A DNA stretch of 64,000 nucleotides, taken from NCBI GenBank assembly GCA_012295275.1, contig CM022676.1, forward strand, positions 930,001 through 994,000. The letters are read 5' to 3'. The notes below the pieces were generated by a model. It searched no databases. It saw only the letters and a program-made list of their open reading frames with translations, and was not told the origin of the DNA. The position numbers and the translations under genes are program-made. Within the stretch, counting starts at the first letter, position 1, and each line of letters starts with the position of its first letter. This document shows positions 15,501-27,649 of the stretch, one piece after another. Source of the DNA: Chrysomallon squamiferum. Lineage: Eukaryota > Animalia > Mollusca.

Positions 15501-16291
15501 CATTCTGGTTGGAATTCAAAATACCGGAAATCAGTTTTCTATGACCTTTCTTGAAACAAATTCTGAGATACAACCTATTCCATTCAGAATATACATGATC
15601 ATTATATTATAGCTATAAATAAATTAAACTTATTATTCCTAAAAAAGCATTTTTTAAAGTAATATACATACAGTAGGATAAAAAAAGGTGTATGTGAAAG
15701 CCCCTTTTTCACTTAAAAAACAAAACCGGGTGAGAAACTTCCAGTTCATCTGAAATGTCAATTAATCGATTATAATATACACCTATTCAAGCACAATTAA
15801 GAATATAAAAATAACAAATAAATAAATAAATTTAATTAAAATTTATTTTTTGTTATGTAAAACCTTTAATCTTATACACATAACACTTTTTAATTTTAAT
15901 AATAATAACATGAATATGAAACGTTTAGAAACAGCGTAGAAAGAAAAAAAATAGATAATAAGTAAATGCAATAGCGAATCTAAAGCAAGTAATGTGCTTT
16001 AAAAGAAAACCTCCAAACTGCAGTTTTACGGAAAACAAAACTATGATTTCATATGTATTTATTTATACCTTTGCGATGAACGTTGGTTTTATTTTAATTA
16101 ATAACAAAAGAATAACGAATAATTTTAAAATCAAAATTTATATTGAGTCCATTATATATGAAATACATAACCTTGCTTTTTGTCGTGTCTATATAGCCTT
16201 CAACCCATTTCGCTAATGAACCAGAAACAAAAAATAAAAGATTAAAACAAAATAAAACTAAAGTTTTTGCATCCATTGAAAACTTGTACAT
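9864..16291 (-). CDS. TMEM145: Transmembrane protein 145-like, copy B (complete, signal peptide)
   Basis: Exons (- strand) approx. 16291-16172 (signal peptide, then AKWVEGYIDT), 15749-15672 (NWKFLTRFCFLSEKG), 15280-15212, 14917-14693 (RTFRTQRETWWFIAVSRC), 14476-14387, 14189-14118, 13349-13200, 12876-12704, 12457-12285, 11822-11702, 11489-11430, 11162-11007, 10013-9864 (..IPRYEAMFQVQNRLAQS*). The start could be ATG 16291 or the second Met a few codons later. The terminal exon choice is less certain. Confidence 0.87.
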
Positions 16292-17199
16292 CTTTAATTA
16301 CGTCATATTTTAACCAAAAATCACGCAGTGCAAATTTTTTTGCTGTGCAAAAGTAATGCGGAAAATACTTTTCCAGATTTTTCCAGAAATATCTTCAAGA
16401 AATATCAAAAGTAACGTTTGATCATTTAGGTCAATGTTAAAAGTAATATCCCAAACTTAATGTAAAAGTCTTTAGTGCGAAAGTTTGCCTGCTTAACTTT
16501 AATTAGATTCGTTATTTTTCGCTCCGATCTGCTCGTTACTTTTCGGTGAACACATTCGGGAATTGTCATCTATAATTACTATTATTATTTTTTGTTGTTC
16601 TCGTTGTTTCGTCATCCATGTTTTCCGTCCTTTATTTAAATAGTTAACAACTGAATGTATCCTCCTCGGTTCTAATTAATTCCATACTAGCTGAAAGAGC
16701 GAGAAAAAAGAAGAAAAAAAGTATAAAACGGGGCTACATTACATTTTTCAGTAGATGGAGATTAAAATTTTATTTTGAAAGTTATGTAAGTGAAATAATT
16801 ACATTTACTGAGGTTTTTAATGTGCTTTTCTATTTTGGTGTTCTAATAAGACTTCGGCATTTACTATTTTTAAAGTTGTTCTTCTTATGCTTCTATTACT
16901 ACTACTATAACTACTACTACCACGAATGTTATATGTTATTGTTGTTGTTGCTGTACGTTAATTAATCATATTATTTTTTTATTATTATTTCCCCCCCCCC
17001 CACGAACTGTAGGTAATGGCGTCCTGAATCAGATAAGACTTGGTGTCTTTACCCGGCTCGCCACAGATACATTATGATGAAATGAGAATGCAATGACTAC
17101 CACAGTAAAGAGCAGCATTTCCATTGTTCGTTTTTGTTTTGATGGAAGCGATTTTTGTTTTATTATTTATTTATTTTATTTATGCCCTTTCGTGCAATA

Positions 17200-19149
17200 G
17201 CGAGACGTGCCTTTCTATGCATCGGAAAATACAGTTTCAGTTTCTGCACTCATGTTATATCTTCTTACACAACACTCATCCACGCAGTCAAAGTATTTAA
17301 GACCTTACGTCAAAAATGTTAGTGATACAGGCCCAAACAGACGCAGGCAGACTAAATACTGCCATTTGAACTTGTTGAAAGTTTATCATGAGCGTAAGCC
17401 AGCAGTGCAAATCACGGCAGTAAACCTTCCCGATGTGTCGAAACGTGAGGTGAAAATGCTTATAGAAGTATATATTCCGTTATTTACGGATGCTCCAAAT
17501 GTAACTAACATTCTGGCTCAAGATGTGTCTCATATGGACAAGAAACCCAGATGACATTCCACAAGAAGAGTATGCAGAATTCTACAAGTTCCCGACGCAT
17601 TATCGAGAGCTCATTGCGGATAGAACTGTTAATTAACATTAAAGTTTTTGTCAAGTGTTCATTACGATGTGTCACCAAAATGATTGACTTTCGTGGTTCA
17701 TGATGATCACTTGTGTATTATTTCATATATGTATTGTTGTATGCATTATTGTATTTATCATGAATATGTTATTGTATTCATCATGTATGTATTATTATAT
17801 TTATGATGTTTGCATTATCATATTTATCATTGTATGTATTACTGTATTTATCATGTATGTATCTTATTTTAAGTTCCTTGATTTACCATGGATAAACTGC
17901 ATAGAGTCTTACATTGATAATACGTTTTACAATATGTATATTTCAGTACCTTAGGTAGGGGAACTAGTCTGTTTTTCTGGGGGAGGGGGCCGTATGAAGG
18001 TAAACCGGTTTTTTAATTTTTTATCTTACGTAGTAGGGCTCTTAATCATACCCTAATATGGCCTCGTTCAAACTGTGAACAGTTTTCTCGGCAATATTTA
18101 GATGTACTGTTTTCTGTGTTTGTTTAACTTTAAAAATTCGTCCTAATTTATTTACAAAGCCACGGATCGCAGTTTACCTACTTAGTTGAATCCGCTGACT
18201 GCTATTTTTTTTTTTTACTTATTATAATATTTTATATTACTGTACTTTTAAGGTATAGTTTTTGAAAATGTCGGTAGCATATTTACTATTTACCTAAATA
18301 GCCTACTTTAATACAGTTTAACATCTCGTAATTAACCTGTATGCATCATTAAAGTAAGTAAATATATTCCTAACAGTATGTATTAATTAAATATCTGCTG
18401 TTAGTTGACAGTAACCCAATTACTGAAATCAGCTAACAATTAACGATCATTAGCGAGAGACAAAATGGAATTTGTGTCAGCTTCAGGGAAGTCCGCGACG
18501 TGTTTATTTAAATAAATTTTAAAATGAGATGAGACGACACGCCAGCTCGTTACGATTCGATATGCTGGACACCTCTTTTGTCCTGCAATCGTAACGAGAA
18601 CCCCTTTCTTTTTCCTTCCCCAAAACTCTTTTTCTGCGACAGACACGCCCTCGTGTCTGTCAGAAAGCATGCCCGTCATAGACATGCTCGCTCTAATTAG
18701 CACGTTAAATTTTTTCCAGTTCCAGTTCCAGAGACGACACAGAACAAAGTGGAGAAGACATGGGTGGGAGTGAGAAATTGGCGGCCATTATTAGGCAATT
18801 ATGTTGGTAAATATGTTTTGCGTTATCATTGTTTAAGTCGGATGTAGGGACAAATGGTTATCTTGTTTCTGTATGCTCTGTTTGATTTGTTGATCAAGTT
18901 GATGTAACCTGTATATGCTCCACAGAGAGTTTGAGTTATATATATTTCAACATGACCTGTAAGAATTATATTTCATTTTACGCCAACTCCCACGTCCTCA
19001 ACCACTAAATACATGTGTAAAATAAATAATTATCTTTGTAATATAAATATTGTGTTTTGTTTTGTGTTCATAGTGGATACTTAATATTGTATATAGTTTA
19101 TATCTGTAGTATATGCAAACATTTTTATCTGTTATAATAAACCGTCACA
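17200..19149 (+). mobile_element. Decayed, internally deleted Gypsy-type LTR retrotransposon (Gmr1-like domain order) with probable 3' LTR
   Basis: ORF 17207-17554 contains an integrase C-terminal-like segment (GPNRRRQTKYCHLNLLKVYHER) followed by a pre-RT-like segment (LIEVYIPLFTDAPNVT). VPDALSRA at ~17588 resembles an RNase H C-terminus. A polypurine tract GGGGGAGGGGG lies at 17979-17989. The putative LTR starts TATGAAGG (17993) and ends AATAAA-CCGTCACA (19149), 6/8 inverted match. Confidence 0.55.
17712..17865. repeat. Degenerate short-period tandem repeat (tgtattattgtatttatca-like)
   Basis: Recurring atgtatt/gtatttatca units. Confidence 0.65.
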
Positions 19150-19431
19150 GTTTCTTAATTACACAGTCAGTGGGTTCACCAAAGGCGCAAACCGTAGACA
19201 AGAAACAAGCCATATTTTAACTGGGTCGTTAGCACTTGAAAGCTAACACCTTTTATGCGCTGGGCCTCTGACATTAAGAACCTGATAATGCCCTTGAGAA
19301 ATATAAATGAAATATTCGTAGCTTTATAAGTGTATTGCTGTTTTAGAAATAAACCGTATTTTGCGCTGCAAGTGACTCAGTCATTTGAGTCATCCCACCA
19401 TGTTTGTGGTTGAAGTATGTCCGAGTTAGTG

Positions 19432-19516
19432 AAATATATTACTAAATAAAATTGCCCAGTTATATATATATTACTAAATAAAATTGATATATATATATAT
19501 ATTGACCGGATGAAAT

Positions 19517-19589
<73 letters not shown>

Positions 19590-19630
19590 ATTTAGTAATA
19601 TACATATAACTGGGCATCCGGTCAATTATA
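19432..19630. repeat. Inverted repeat (foldback) around an (AT)n microsatellite
   Basis: tgcccagttatatatatattactaaataaaat (~19453-19484) is the near-perfect reverse complement of ~19585-19616. attgaccggatg (19501) is the reverse complement of catccggtcaat (19615). The (AT)n run spans 19519-19585. Confidence 0.8.
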
Positions 19631-20293
19631 ATACTAGATTCATTGAACTATGCCCTTGAAACAGTAGATATGAAAAGACATACATTTGATTAAAATACTG
19701 ATGTCAAGGTCGATACCTAGCTAACACATAACGTAACCATAAAGTAACCAATACACGAATTCCTTCGTGACAGAATCACAAATATGACTCATTTCAAGTG
19801 CTGCCTCATGCATTCTGTTTTAATGAACGCAAATAAAAAAGATCCCTTTTAAATAATTACTATCTATATATACTACCTAACAACTACCATATATAATATA
19901 GGCCTACACTATAGTTTAAGATCAGCAGTTGATTCCGTTCCAACGACTAAATTCGAAACGGTCATACAATATAAAATACATACATAAAATATTCACTCCT
20001 GTGCTATTTATTTATTGTTATGTTGTTTTTGTTTTTGATTCGTATTATTGTTTTTCTCTCTCTTTGGTATTTTTTTTTTCATATTTAAACTGATGCATAT
20101 ATTTCTTAATTAAAAATTTAAATGTCGTTATGGAATCACATATTTAGAGAGATGGAATCACATAACTCTGTCGTCTAAACTTCGTTTCTACTGCGTTGTG
20201 GTTTCTTACACATTATATACTGAGTAAACACTAGCTCAGTTCGCTTAAACAGTTCAATGGATACTCATACACACATACACTCAGTCCTGCAGG

Positions 20294-20473
20294 CAGAGAC
20301 GGATCTATTATGAAACTCATCTCTCTTCAAAATTTTAATAAAAGTTGGAGATGTGGCTAATCTTTTAAATATTGTCATGGAGCTTTGGCCCAGAAGATAA
20401 GACCTCGTTGCTGTTTGAGAAGGGCCCATAACGGTTCAAGCTTTCGGGCCCCTAAAAAGTAGGACCCGTACTT
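20294..20473. mobile_element. Short hAT-like MITE relic (~180 bp)
   Basis: Flanked by an 8-bp direct repeat CCTGCAGG (20286-20293 and 20474-20481). Degenerate TIRs CAGAGACGGATCTA / TAGGACCCGTACTT. Internal GGCCC motifs. Confidence 0.5.
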
Positions 20474-20532
20474 CCTGCAGGAATACACGTCAACAACATA
20501 ACTGACTGTAGCAAATGTTTTTATTTTATTTA

Positions 20533-20547
20533 TTTGTTGTTGTTGTT

Positions 20548-20595
<48 letters not shown>

Positions 20596-20596
20596 A
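20533..20596. repeat. (TTG)n microsatellite
   Basis: Direct run of ttg triplets. Confidence 0.9.
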
Positions 20597-20777
20597 TTTC
20601 CTTCATAAAAGCTAAACATTAATAAACTTGATGCAGTCCATATAGACAAGTACTGTAATTTTAAAGCATCAGGAAATCAGTTTTTTTCAAGCTGAATTTT
20701 AAGCTGATGTTCATGTGGTAAATGTTACTATAACAAATACAACTGCAGATAAAGTGAAACTGAAATATAATAATAAT

Positions 20778-21316
20778 GGGTCATTCCATGTCAAATCAAC
20801 CTCCCACACACTGTTTTTTTTTTTAAACCCGACCGTCTCAGATTTTTATGAAATCTATATTGTGGCTAAACAAAAAAATTACACTTCTGAAACTTTTATA
20901 CGTTTTAGTTAACATTTGGAAGATTAAATTTCAAGAAAGGTTATCTCAAGGTCATGTGATCCACAAGGTCAATTTCAAGGTTATAACAAAGGTCGAAAGT
21001 TTAGTGTACCCCACCATTCTCCAAACTGAACAATAATGGCAGATTTGAAAACCATGTCATATTGCCTTTTCAACAACAATTTTATGAAGAATGGCCCAGC
21101 AGATTCCTGAGATACGAGGGTTCAAAGGCTGGTGGTCACGCCCATTTTGGCCAAATATCTCAAAATTCGGGGGGCCTTATCTCCCAAATCACTGGTCCGA
21201 TTGCCTAAAATTTCGGATTTGGTGCTGTGGGATCCCAGTCAACAAGTATACCAAGTTTCATAAAAACCTGAGACGGTCTGGTTTAACCCATTGGGTGATT
21301 TGACATAGAATGACCC
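20778..21316. mobile_element. Non-autonomous Sola2-like DNA transposon (539-bp MITE)
   Basis: TIRs GGGTCATTCCATGTCAAATC...GATTTGACATAGAATGACCC plus a subterminal inverted block (GACCGTCTCAGATTTTTATGAAA). 4-bp flanks TAAT/TAAC. The body is homologous to the reverse complement of 40045-40470. Confidence 0.8.
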
Positions 21317-22459
21317 TAACACGAATATGATGATGTTTAACAAAATATAATGAAAATATCACTAGAATTAAGTTGTTAAAAAGAGTATGTAATCATTTTA
21401 ACATATTACCCTGTACATTGATCTCAAATAAAGTTATTTAACGTTCTACAGAACATCCGTGGCGTTTTCATTTCCAGAGACTTTCATTATTATTATTATT
21501 TTTATTATTATTACTATTAATTCATTTATTTATTATTAAAATAAAAAATACTATGTTGTTGGGGTTTTATTTTAATTTTAATTTTAATTTTTAATATAAA
21601 TATTTAGTTACTTCAATTCAATGATTCTTTAAATTGGTCTGTTAATATAACATGTTTTATTTTTTTCTTATTATTTATTTATTTGTTGTTGTTTTTTTTT
21701 TTTTTTTTTTTTTTTTTGTTTTGGCAACAAATTTAATTAAACGTTATTTCCCCACTCCACCAAATAGCTATACAGCTGATCTGATGATATATATATATAT
21801 TTCATTAGTTATCAATGGCGTTTTGTACGTGACATAAAAATGAATAATTTCTTATGACTCCTGTCTGACAACACTCGAGTGAAGGAATAAAGATAACCTA
21901 TTTAAATAGCCTTGACCAGTTTTATTAGTCAACATTTTATTTCTAGAAAAAGAATCAGCCTGGTAACGTAAGAGTCATCTCGCTAGTTGAAAACAGTTCC
22001 AAAACGGTATAATAGCACTGTTGTTAGAGACAGAGGGATGGATGGATGGATGGATGGATAATAGATAGATACAGATATAGATATTGATTTCAAATGATAT
22101 TAAAAATCCGATTCATTGCTAACTCAGTGTACATAGTTATTTGTGAACAACACATGGACAAGGCTCGCAAGGTCTCAGTAGTATGTCACTGGGTCACTGG
22201 TTAGTACACATAGTGCACAGAAACGTTTCTCTTTTTCTTTTCTTTTCACCTATAGCTTACAATATACTTACTGAATGTGCACTGCCACGTTTATTTATTT
22301 ATTTATTTATTTATTTATTATTATTATTTAAAATTAATTTTGTCTAGAAAATTATACATTTTTGAAATACTGAATATATAATCTGTTTCGACTACTCAGA
22401 AAAAACAAACAAAAAACAATTCAATAAAAAATATCAGTCTAAATATAGTTCACATTCAC

Positions 22460-22461
<2 letters not shown>

Positions 22462-22524
<63 letters not shown>
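22462..22524. repeat. (GA)n microsatellite ~400 bp upstream of the SUOX start
   Basis: About 31 GA units. Confidence 0.95.
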
Positions 22525-22529
<5 letters not shown>

Positions 22530-22937
22530 AGAATGTTTTATTCTCAGCGAGTGTTTGTATTCATTTTCATTACAAAAAAAGAAAAAAAGAAAAAACGAAA
22601 CACGCACACACACAAAACCCCCAAAACCCCAAACAACATAATAATAAATAAATGAATAAAGGAAAAATAACAAACAAACAAAAAATAAAATATTTCCGAG
22701 ACATTTCTTCGTTAAATTATGCAAATGAAGCAACCTTGAACCACTTCCTTTTAAAGCTATTTGCTTCTGGCAAGCAAGATTTCTGTATGGCCTAGAAGAA
22801 AGTCTACCTCCAGTTTAATTATAGTTTGTTGTGGAACTCTCTTGCGTTGAGTACACATGTATGGCGTACATGTGGTGATGTGTATACGCAGTTGATAAAT
22901 ATTAAAAGTTGGCTGTACTGCTGGCAGTTCTAGGGAT

Positions 22938-25900
22938 ATGCTCAGAAACTTCAGTACACGCGGTCTTAACTATATATTCCAGCGTCGTCTGCCCGCTAAA
23001 GCCTTATCGGCGGGATGTGGCAGGACCGAAAGGACCGAAAGGAATGAAAAAAGATTCATCAGCTGGTGCGAAGAAAATTTTGATGGGTCATTTCAGAAAA
23101 ATTCGTCTAAATGGATTGCTGTTGGAACTGCCGCTGTTGTTGGTAAATATTAAAAGATATTATTCTTTATCAGTGTTAACATTGTCTGTATTTAAGCTAT
23201 TTGAAATGCAAAAATATAGTAAAACTGAATAAAAAATTTAAAAGGAGAAACAAAGATTAAAATTAAAATTTAGATATTAATATTAACAATTATTATTATT
23301 GCTGCTGTATGCTGATTTATAACACTTGCCACATATTCTTAATCAGTTAATGATATTATATAGAAAGAAGATGACCTTCTATTTGTATTTATTTATATTG
23401 CTGTTTAATATAGACTCCAAGGTATATGTATTGCCACTTATCAAGACAAAATGATTCGTTTTCCACAGAACATGCAGAATTTGAGAATGAAATATATCTT
23501 AGTTAACAAAATTAATAATAAAATATCGAATAAAGCAAATATTCTAATCGGTCATCTCACGTACATTTTAAGTTATATTAATAATAATTAAATAATAATA
23601 ATAATATTTATTTTAAATTTAATTTTTGAAAAAGTTATTTAAGAAACAACTATCGCAACTAAAATATAAATTTAATATAAATATATATATATATATATAT
23701 GATGACTCAGTTAATCAGCAACTAGAAAGCTAATCGCTGCATTCAACTGTAGGTTTACGATCATGGTCAATTTATAATAGCGTTAGCTAGAGAAACTGAC
23801 AGATTCTTTAGAGATTTAATATTATTCCATTTTTATATAATAAAAAAAAAACCCAAAAAACACTTTTTGTTTTCTTTTTTTTTGACTTTCCATTAAAAGT
23901 AAAAATTTCATAGAACTGAAATTATTTCTGATTTATTTTTCAAACATGATATAAGTCGTAAAAAAATGGCTGTCACGGTTTCAATACATTTTGTATCCTG
24001 GGGTATTTATTTTTTATTAACGCAAATGAATAAAACATGCCATTTAGTTTCTTAGAAAAAAAAGAATGATGAAAAAAGAAAGTTTATAGTATAATAACAA
24101 CATTTATGTGTCTATTTTGTTTACGTCGCTATACCAGTGTGTTAATTTATTCTTAGCTCATTTTTAAAATATGATTTAACTGTAAAATAATCTAGGAGAC
24201 GATAACGATATAAATGTTAAAACTGATTTAAAATAATTAACATTTTCACCCCTACAGAGAGTAATTGAAATAACACCATGACCACCCCCACAACAACAAT
24301 AATAACGTGAACTTGGAAAATTGCAAACAATTTTTAAACAATTAAAATGATTAATTAAATAAACTAGTTACAATGGAGGAAATAGATATTCCTTTAACTA
24401 GTGCTGAGCTACTGTTTTGAGAGTGTTTTGAATAAATTCATTAACAGAAAAAATATTTGAAAAAATTTGGTAAACAATTATTAGCATTTGAAGCTAAAGG
24501 CGAGCGTTATTATATCAATCAATTTAACTGAAAAGAGCAAAATATTATAATTATATAATTTTATTTATTCGTTTGTTGATTTATTTAAAAAAAAAAAAAT
24601 TTGTAACTGCATTTAAACAAGGACATGGTCTTGAGATAATATACATTTGCGAATAACAAACGATTTCTTACACTCTGACTTGCAGTATACTTAATGTCCG
24701 ATATAATACAGCTTTGTAATGTTATATTTTAAAATATTTTATAATATCAAAGGGAAAACCAGCTACTTCTCTATTAGTTCTGAATAATTAAATGTAGTCA
24801 AAAGGTGACCTTTTGTAATTTTAGCCCAAGCTAAACAGGTCATTCAGTGAAGCGAATTGTAAGTATGCAAGCTTATCAGATTTGGCCTTGGCCTTATTGT
24901 TTCGAGGAATTCAAACTGTTGGGCAGGCCATAACAGTTACAGAGCTGTTACCCGAATAAATAATTTATTAGGTTAAGATTATTCATTGTGTATGTGGTAC
25001 ACGTGCACTGAATATATATATATATATAATTATAATAAAATAAACAAAAAAAAAGAAAGAAAAGAAAAGAAAGTAGACAATATAATAAATTAGAACAAAG
25101 CTGTTTTATACTGTTTGTTTTAAAAACATTTGTTCTTGTAGAACAGTGCTGCCCAACGTCTGGCCCACGAAGCCTTAGAATCCGGCCCACTAGTCAGTCT
25201 TCAATTTATTCCTTAATTATTCAATAAAATTGTTTTATTATTGAAATACAAAGCCATTTATTTGAACAAATGTTTTTTTAATCTTGACAATTGTTAAATT
25301 TGTTTTATAGAATGTAAGGTTCTAAATCAAAATTTTTAATGGTCATTTCGTATTCATGTAATATCTGGAGACTATAATTTTTTGATAGCAGTGAAGAAGT
25401 AATAGAAATAGTATCATATGTAGGACCCCTGTGTTTAAATTGAGTTATGAATTATAATTGTAGAATGGATAATTTCTATAAATAGAATAATAGAATCAAT
25501 GTTTTCAGTTCTGAATACTTTTTCAAACCATTTCAAGTAGTTGTATTAAAACATGAAAGGCTAGAAATGTGAGTCCGGCCCACTGGCATCGTTTTTTCTT
25601 AAATCCGGCCCATGTTCGGAAAAGGTTGGGCAGCACTGTCGTAGAACTTAACAAAAAAGGATATAGTTTTAAAATGTAAAGCAAAAGTAGTTTAAACTGC
25701 ATTATATACGGACAAAATAAAGTCTTACAATACACCTCGTAATAAAAACATAAATTAACCAAGAACGACCCTCCCTAATAAATAAATAAATAAATAAATA
25801 AAAGGAAAAAGAGAAGTTAATGAAACACTTATTAAATAGATAAATAAATAAATAATGATGATGATGATGATGATAATACTTTTTAATAAAAGATAAAAAA

Positions 25901-27613
25901 AAAGAAAAAAAAAAAGAGTTGATACTACTACTAATAATAAAATATGCATTGTTATTATTATTCTTTTTTAAACAGCTGTGTGCTTCCCTCTGATTTCAGA
26001 CAAACATGTTAACTTACCACTGATTATTCACAACTATAATCTTAACAATAAATGTAATCATAATTTCCTTTTTGAAACAAACAATTCCAAGATGTTTCAT
26101 TTAGTTTTTGTGGAAAGATTTTCCATGATGGTAGAAAACGTTTTCGTTAAAGAATGTTGACATATAACGAAGTAGAGTGAGATGAAATAGTAGGCGAGGT
26201 GTACGTTCACCTTGGAGGCGTCAGTGAATCACGTGCGTGCCTTCTCTCACAACAGCCACTCAAATCCCGAGATCGATTTTACTAAACTTTTCATATATCT
26301 GTTATTGTTTAATTTTTTAATTTTATTTTTTTTTTAAATCGATTATTTTCAAACTGTCTTTTTAACCTTCTACGATAAGAAAATTCCTAATATGCCTAAT
26401 TTCAAGTTAACAAAAAAACAAAAAAAAACAAACAAAAATAAATAAATAAACAAAAAATAAAAAATATTATGTAACAGTAAGTATGGCAGTAGTAAAAAAA
26501 AAGAAAGTGCAATTTTTCCCTATCTTCTCAACATATAAGTTGAAAGTGCATGGAGTTGACAGATATATATATATTTTTAATTATTCTGATACTGTACGTT
26601 TCATTATATATTTTAATTTAATTATATTCTGATTTGAATGATGCGTTCTGCACCTTACTTTACCCAGTGGGAACCATATAAATAATAATAATAATAATAA
26701 TGGCAAAAAAAATATGCAAACGTGATGTTAAAAACAGATCATGGTCTCGATTTGAAAGGTATAATTTTATCCAGGTGACCGGTTTGTGTTTTACACAGTA
26801 CATAATAGTTTCACCTTGTTTTATTACTTTCTTGTCCTTGACACCTATATTTCGCCTCTAAGAAATCGCTCTAGTAACAAGGTCAGTTTTATATTTTTCT
26901 TTTTTAAATTTATCCTAGACTTTTATGCACACATGCTGAGATGGACAGAATTGCGATTAGATCTGTTCTCATTTTAGATTCCGACATCACTATCTTTTCC
27001 CTCTTTTATTTTTTCTCTCTTTCTCTTTCTGGTTATTTTTTATTTTTTTGTTATTTATTTTATTTTTTTTTCATGTTAGTGGATTGTTTGCAGCTCTACA
27101 TTTTTCTTCTTATTATTCTTAATGAGAAAAGTTAATCGGACACACACACATATTTTTCCTATAATTTAATTTAATTAATGCAGATAACGATGCTTTTATG
27201 TGAGACATCAATTGGAAATGTAACAATAACCGAACTGGACTAAAGTATAGTAACAGAAAGTGCTGATTTTAGGGATTGTTTATACCAAATATAAAATACA
27301 CTGATGTCAGTGATAACGCGTGAAATCATGAGTCCTGTTTGCGAATATAATAAAATCTTAATAAAAACAATAAATAAATGTTTGTATAAAATTGTATGGA
27401 TCATGAAAATCGATGTTCTTTTTTGTCCACCGTTTGTTTAAGCTCTGAACAAGTCGTAAAATCGTTCACATTTTAGTTTAGTTGTATATATTATTGACGG
27501 AAAATTGTATTTGAAATAAATATGGATAAAGAATAATAAATAATAACTGTATTAGCGTACCAAGGTTTGCATTATATAAAGCAGTAAACCATCCAACCCT
27601 CCACCTCCCCCAA

Positions 27614-27649
<36 letters not shown>

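Noticed and set aside
23022-23050. 9-bp tandem repeat (aggaccgaa) encoding RTERTERNE in the SUOX presequence
   Set aside because: This is small in-frame slippage in a poorly constrained targeting peptide, with no sign of function.
26185-26280. CpG-richer patch with a CACGTG E-box in the SUOX intron, a possible enhancer or alternative promoter
   Set aside because: A single short motif with no supporting exon structure is not enough evidence from sequence alone.
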